From Somniosus microcephalus (Eukaryota): DNA of 64,000 nt. The stretch covers positions 231,446,001-231,510,000 of the forward strand of contig CM126203.1 of the NCBI GenBank assembly GCA_052327205.1, read 5' to 3'. Under the pieces are notes generated by a model, which had not been told where the DNA came from, did not search any database, and was given only the letters and a program-made list of their open reading frames with translations. This document shows, one piece after another, positions 57,512-64,000 of this stretch. Positions within the stretch are counted from its first letter, which is position 1. The number at the start of each line of letters is the position of its first letter. Both the position numbers and the translations under genes were made by a program.

Positions 57512-57692
57512 GTGAGATTTTCTACATGACTTTTTCTCCCATCTCTTCTGTTCCCCCTTCCAATTATGCTTTGCATAGTAGAAGCCTCATAAGAAGAATC
57601 CTGACACAAATGAAGGTTCTCCTTGTCCAGCTATTCCACGAATGTAAACACTGGAATATTTCAGACAGTTCACCTGAATCCAAAAGCTTTGA

Positions 57693-57848
57693 CAGGAGTT
57701 AGATATATTTCTTAAGGCTAAAGGGATGTGGGAGAAGGCAGGGACGGGGTACTGAGTTTGGATGATCAGCCATGATCTCATTGAATGGCGGAGCAGGCTC
57801 GAGGGGCTGAATGGCCGACTCCTGCTCCTATCTTCTATGTTTCTATGA
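57693..57848 (+). mobile_element. Short CR1 3'-end insertion in RASL11B intron 3
   Basis: Matches CR1 3' UTR and tail at 8450-8620. Confidence 0.85.
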
Positions 57849-60019
57849 TTGATGTGCCAAACAACAGACTGTAATTCATGTTGGAACATTGGATTGTTAA
57901 TGCTGAAATTGAACATGCAGCTATTTTCTCCCTCATTAGAGGGTACATTTTTATTGGGATTAATTTCATACATTATTTAGAAATAATTCCCAGTTCATTG
58001 TATTAACAAGGGTTCAAGGACATTACAAACTCAGATTTTTATGGCTGTTGGATTAGGTGCCTCCCATACTTGTCTGCTAAATGCATGTAGCAAACTCCCC
58101 TGATAATCCATGAATTTATCCAGTTGATAGCTGTGCCAAGCAGAGCAGGAAGATTTAATATGATCCCCAGTCTGTGCTGAGTTAGCTGATTTCAGCCAAG
58201 GCAGCAGTAGGGGTACTGAGTGTATCAGTATCCTAGGTTAGAGGAATAACAGTCAGGATTCCAGTGACTCCCTGTTGAATATGCAGTTTGGCTCGGCAGT
58301 TATGATCCCAGTGTCCTGACACTTGATGCTGAGGCTTACTTATTTACGACCACTTGGGTAAGGTGCCAATGGCTGTAGCACAGCAAGGAATCTGGGGAAG
58401 AGGGGAGAAGATTGTAGAGGGAGGGAGGGGGCGGGAGGGAAACTTGTATGGAGGTGGTTGTGTGCGTTCATTGTGCTATTGTTCTACCAGGTTGGCTAGA
58501 TAATCGTGTCGTAACATGATCTGAAATGGGAGTCCAAATACAAACAGCCCACAAGAAAGGTTGTAACACATCACTATGGGGCGAGCAGCCCATGGGGTTT
58601 GCAGGTTTCCATTTGAGCACTGTTTTCTCGTTACCCAAACATTAAACTAATGACCAATTTTTGTTGCTGTGGCATAATGTGGGTTATATGTGGACCTCAA
58701 AGTCTAGCCCTGAAAAAGGTGCACAGGATTCACTGCAGCATTCATTTTAATGGCCATTCCCACACTAAGGGGGGCACTTACCAGCTGTCGTACAGAATGG
58801 CTTCTGTAATATTGCTATTGATTTTCTTTACTTAGTAAACCGTGCTGTTGTGAGCAGACAGTTTAGAAGGCAGAAAGTCTGGCTAGTTGCTAAACCAGTT
58901 GGTGTGCTTTAGCAGATGCAGCCACATTCCTGAAGCACTGTAACACTGCCATTGTCCAAACTCTGAAGTTCTACAGTTTCACGGTCCATTAATCTGCATT
59001 CTGTGGTAAGCTGTTGGACACATGTCAAGTCAATGTGTTTCATCTTACTACAGTAAAATCCAGAACCGGAATACCGGCACTGACATTTTGAACTTCTTGA
59101 CAGTAAGGTGATGTAGAATTATATGCTCCTCAGAAAAGCCTGGAATTTCTTTGGTACAAATATTGTAGCATTTAGCCAATGATTTATGAACAACTTGGGG
59201 TGGCATAGAGGAAACTTTTCTGATGTAGCATAATTAGCATTTCACAAATGGTCCCTTCCAGCAACCCCCATTCCAAAGTTTTGAAATCTTTTTGTTAACA
59301 GTAAAACAGCAACTAAAGTGCATTCTCTTAATGCTCTGACACTTGTATGTTGATGTAACTTTAATTCTGGTATGAAGGTTCAGCAGAATAAAGTTAGAAC
59401 ACACAACTCCGATGCAGAAACTCTTCACTCAAACTGAAAGTCTCTGCACTCAGAAGTAAGACCTTGTCACAAATGCCCCAAAATGGATAGGGGAAGAAGT
59501 CAAACAATCCTCCTCAGCTAAATACAAAAGAACCTGTTCTGGAGTTCCACATAAAGGCTAGTGTTTACATGCATGTTTGGATGGGATACGTTTACCAAAT
59601 GTGTTCATTTGTTCAAAGAAACTAGTAAATTAGTGTTCGGCATACTTAAGGCATGCTAACTTTCATCTGTCTATATTGATAAAATTGTATGATTGCAATA
59701 TTTCCATAAGTCTCCAATTTGCTGATTAATCCATTATAATATTCATCCAGTTTTTGCCAGTCATGATAGTTTGCTGTCTTTCTTCACAACACTCTCCTGG
59801 TTAATCCTCCACTGTAGGCTGTTTATTTACTCTGTCCAACCTTTTCCTCATGGGGGTTTCTTCTCCTATTCACATCCCCCATTTCTGCCGCCCCCCCCCC
59901 CCCCCACCGAAATTTTTTTTTTAAAAAATTAAAAAAATTGCTGCAGCCACACACTTTTACCTTCCAGGACCACTAAGTCCTATAGAACTGCTCCAGCCTG
60001 GCTCTTTCCAACCTCCCAG

Positions 60020-60455
60020 ATGTAGCTCAGTTGGGAGCACTCTTGCCTCTGAGTCAGAAGGTTGTGCATTCAAGTCCCACTCCAGAGACATGAGCACAAA
60101 AATCTAGGCTGACACTCCAGTGCAGTACTGGGGGAGTCTTTCGGATGAGACATTAAACCGAGGCCCCGTCTGCTCCCTCAGATGGACGTAAAAGATCCCA
60201 TAGCACTATTTTGAAGATGACCAGGGGGGTTATCCCCAGTGTCCTGACCAATATTTATCCCTCAATCAATATCACTAAAACAGATTACCTGATCATTATC
60301 ACATTGGTGTTTGTGGGAGCTTGTTGTGTACAAATGGGCTACCATGTTTCCTACATTATAACAGTGACTACACTTCAAAAGTACTTCATTGGCTGTAAAG
60401 TGCTTTGGGATGCCTTGGTCATGAAAGGCACTAAATAAATGCAAGTCTTTCTTTC
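60020..60455 (+). mobile_element. Full-length DeuSINE (SacSINE1/AmnSINE1-like) in RASL11B intron 3
   Basis: tRNA-like head with A box TAGCTCAGTTGG and B box TTCAAGTCC; central TCTTTCGGATGAGAC..AAACCGAGGCCCCGTCTG; (TCTT)n tail. Confidence 0.8.
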
Positions 60456-61339
60456 TCCCAGATCCTCCTTGGACACACCAGATGCTGTTCTACGTTCTCC
60501 CACTGAGGCCTGTTCCGGGTTCTCCAGCCCCTGCTCCTCAAGCCTGGAAAACTCCCTTGCTTGCATGGTGATAGTGTACCATACTGTGGGAGGTCCTTCA
60601 TATTTGAAATGCCATTTAGATGACATACACAGATGGAATTTTAACTAATGGGGGGAATCAATTAATAATCTGGCATTTATATCAGTCTGCTGTGACATTA
60701 TAGGATTTTAGCTGTTTGGCATTCAAGTTTATTTTAAACCACATGTCTGCCCATTTAGCTTGCTTAAGGCAAAAACACTGTTTACACAATTAGCCTGGAC
60801 TTGGGATCACTCAAACGATCAAACTGAATATTGGATTCAAACTAAGTGGGCTGAATTCATAACTTCCTCCACTAATCTATATTTGGATTATAAGCAATGA
60901 AAATGACTGTCTAGCCAACCGGTTTCCCACAAATGCAACCACATGTTCCAGTATCAAGCACTTCTTTAATCAGACTGCCTGTTGGATACTTTGCTGAAGT
61001 ATGACACATTTTGTGCTTTTCTCAGCTATACAGCTGAATCAACATAGTCCTGCAATAGTAAAGCCATTATGTAGTTCAGACAAAACCAACTTATCTAGAA
61101 ATACAACACAGCACATACTAGGATAAGTGACTGTTTTGTATTTGAGCTTTGAATCCGTGTCTGCAAAATAAACTTTTCACAACAGTATTTAAACTAGATA
61201 GAAATCAGTGACATTTTCATTTCAGATTTCTGCTTACAATATTATCAATCCTATGTCCCCTCTTTTCACTATTTGTGCATTTAGATACAAACTTTATCTA
61301 ATTATGGTAAATGTCCTTAATAGTTATTTCTGTTTCTAG

Positions 61340-61807
61340 ATAAATGGACAAAGTCTGAGCTGCAGCGACCTACTTAACAGATCCATACAGTGGGCTGATG
61401 CGATTGTGCTGGTCTATTCAATCACAGACTACAAAAGCTATGAACTGATCAGTCACCTCCACCAACACGTTTGTCGTGTGCATCCAGAGAGTAGAGTTCC
61501 TGTCATAATTGTAGGAAACAAGGCCGACCTCCTTCATGCCAAACAAGTGGAACCTCACCATGGCCTTCAATTAGCAAACATACTAGGATGCTCGTTCTAT
61601 GAGGTGTCTGCCAGTGAAAACTATAATGATGTGTACAATGCTTTTCATGTGCTATGCAAAGAGATTAGTAAACAACAAATGAGCAGCAATGCTGAAAAGA
61701 GAAAAATATCCATTATACCTAGGCCGAAATCACCAAACATGTTAGATTTGAGGAGGCGGTTCAAGCAAGCTCTTTCTGCCAAAGTGCGGACTGCAACATC
61801 TGTCTGA
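61340..61807 (+). CDS. RASL11B: RASL11B exon 4 (last coding exon)
   Basis: [59 protein letters not shown] stop; spliced product 238 aa closely matches RASL11B as I recall it. Confidence 0.95.
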   Translation: MNGQSLSCSDLLNRSIQWADAIVLVYSITDYKSYELISHLHQHVCRVHPESRVPVIIVGNKADLLHAKQVEPHHGLQLANILGCSFYEVSASENYNDVYNAFHVLCKEISKQQMSSNAEKRKISIIPRPKSPNMLDLRRRFKQALSAKVRTATSV

Positions 61808-64000
61808 GATTGCAGCTGAATATATTGATATTTTAAATAAAACAATGAGGTGTTTCATCACCATTGACTTTTAAAAGACTGGGACAAGTCAAACTGAGCA
61901 TGAGAAGATCTGGAAAGCCAAGGCTACACTCAGAAGATGTATGACATGTCTAGTATAGACAACCCATGTATTCAGTCAGCTGGGCCTTTGATCATTGCCT
62001 AGTGATTTTAAGAATTGGTATTTCAATGACCCTTGCTATTCCAGGCTATGGTGGGAGCAGACCTCTGAACTATCAGAAGTTCCCTTCTGAGCTCCCTGTT
62101 GGCCACATAGGGTTTGTTCAGTTATTGTACAGTGATTTTGAAAAATGTGCAGTGGTGATAGCCAATTGGGACAAAGCTCAATTCTTTAAAACAGCAGCCT
62201 GTTGTTTTTTTCGTGTGTGTGTGGAAACTCTGGTAGTTCAATCCAGAAACAGATTGTATTTATCATTCTAACTGTTCAGTACTTGACTTACACCAATTGC
62301 TTTACATATTTTCTAGTAAAATGGCATTCACCCTTTCACTTGCTGGAATGCAAGGGTGATCCCACTCTTCCTGTGGGGATTGGCACTCGTAGGGAGGAAA
62401 TCACAGGTGCACACCTCTCTGACCTTGTACTCCTTGAGAGCTAACCCCCACTGGAAGCAGTGAGGAGTGTGGAATCGGCTTCATGGTTGCCTCTACCACA
62501 TTATAGATCGGACTGGTGTGCAAGTATTTCAATGTGCTGGATACAGTCTATGTGCAACTTTTCAATGAGCTAGCTTTCTGTTTAAATAAACATAACTATT
62601 ACATAGGCCATACTGCTCCATTTGAATTCCATTCTAGCCAGTGGGAGTAGTAGACCTCCATGCCCTCCTTAAACCATTTAAGGTCTTCTGACCTTCACCC
62701 CCTGCCCCAAGCAATCTTGAATACTATAAATAAATGAGACATACTGGCCTGCAGTTGAATTCTCCCCCCCCCCCCCCCTCAAATCAGCTTCCACTCCACG
62801 ATTTAAGACAACAGGAATTCAAATTGAAGCTTGTTAAATAAAACCAGGCATATACTATCCGAATACTCTAAACTGAGCTTTGATATCTGACCTCTACCTT
62901 AAGTGGGAAATCTCCTCCTGTGTAGAGGATGGAAGCCACCTTCTAATTGCACTTTATGAAAGCCACTTGTGCTTTTGCCTTAGTTTACAGCAATGATTCC
63001 TCTCCAGAGGACAATGCATTTTCCAATATTTTGACAAATAAACATTTGAACCAAGTATGCTGTTTTATGAAAGACTTTATTATTTACTTTCACAGAAGTA
63101 CATCTGTTTGTTTATCTTGTCCTTATCAAACCCAGGCATGTGCTTATTGTCACTGGAAGTCCATTCACTGAATTGCTGTTTGTTTTGTTGCTTTACATTA
63201 CTCTAGTCCTTGCAATGTCTACTGGGTTCCAAGCATACTTCTGTGACAAAGCACTTTCACCATATCTGATCTAACAATTGCAGTTTTCTATTAACTCCAT
63301 GTTTGTAATGTCCTCTTTGCATAAAGAGCCACTTATTTTGTCCTGTTAGGGTTTAGGTCAGTCCAGTGTTCTCAACATTGGTCTATGCCAAAGCATGCTG
63401 GCATGTTCCTTGCATTAAACTAGTCAAACAGCTCCTTTTAAACATCAAATGTAGTTAAACTACACAATGTTGAGAGCTTCTGTTTAAGGAAAATACATTC
63501 CACTAAATTGAGTTATTTTGTCAAAGTGATGAGTTCTCCTAGTGATATTGAAGTCTTTCAAATCTAACCTTTTAATGTTTGCCACTATTAGCCATTCTGT
63601 GCAGTAAAATCTGTTGCAGTCAAATGGAAGTTGATCACATTAAATGGATAATAAATATATAATGTAATCTGTGGTAGAATAACTCACCATCACTGAATGC
63701 AACACAAATCTTAAAGACTCCTCTACATGGTATAAATTATCCCTGCTATTGGTAATTTAAAACCAGCTGTACACTGCTGTACATAGGATTATTGAACTTT
63801 TCCTATCTGATGTAGAACTATTTACACAAACAGCTTTGAATGTTTCCAGATTTCATTTAATGTAATTTAGGAATGAGGTATATGTTTAATTTAGAATCTG
63901 TGTGGAAGGTGTTTATGGCTTAGAATTTTTTAAACCCACTCCTGTGCAGACCACAGGGTCCCAATCCAACACATTTTCTTAAACACTTTCACCATCCAGT

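Noticed and set aside
60020-60090. tRNA gene
   Set aside because: It is the tRNA-derived head of a SINE, continuing into SINE body and tail.

Overview
Eukaryotic (vertebrate) genomic DNA, most likely a cartilaginous fish. That assignment is an inference from the SacSINE1/DeuSINE-like SINEs, esterase-ORF1 CR1 LINEs and other shark-type repeats. The only host gene is a 4-exon RASL11B (+ strand, CDS 56687-61807, 238 aa), with a CCAAT/GC-box promoter and a 34-bp minisatellite just upstream. The preceding ~55 kb is transposon-dense. It holds CR1 LINEs (two full-length with SGNH-esterase ORF1), a full-length RTE LINE split by three LTR retrotransposons (two related compact Gypsy elements nested one inside the other, plus a young Mag-type Gypsy with identical LTRs), an autonomous-type PIF/Harbinger element, Harbinger and hAT MITEs, and SINEs. 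Two signals stand out. First, the two nested Gypsy elements have no tRNA primer-binding site; instead they carry a 13-nt sequence perfectly complementary to their own LTR poly(A) signal, with compensatory changes between the two elements (self-priming and/or poly(A) occlusion). Second, a minimal hammerhead-ribozyme motif lies in a dispersed Penelope-type repeat. All calls come from reading the sequence by eye; no database searches or folding programs were run.
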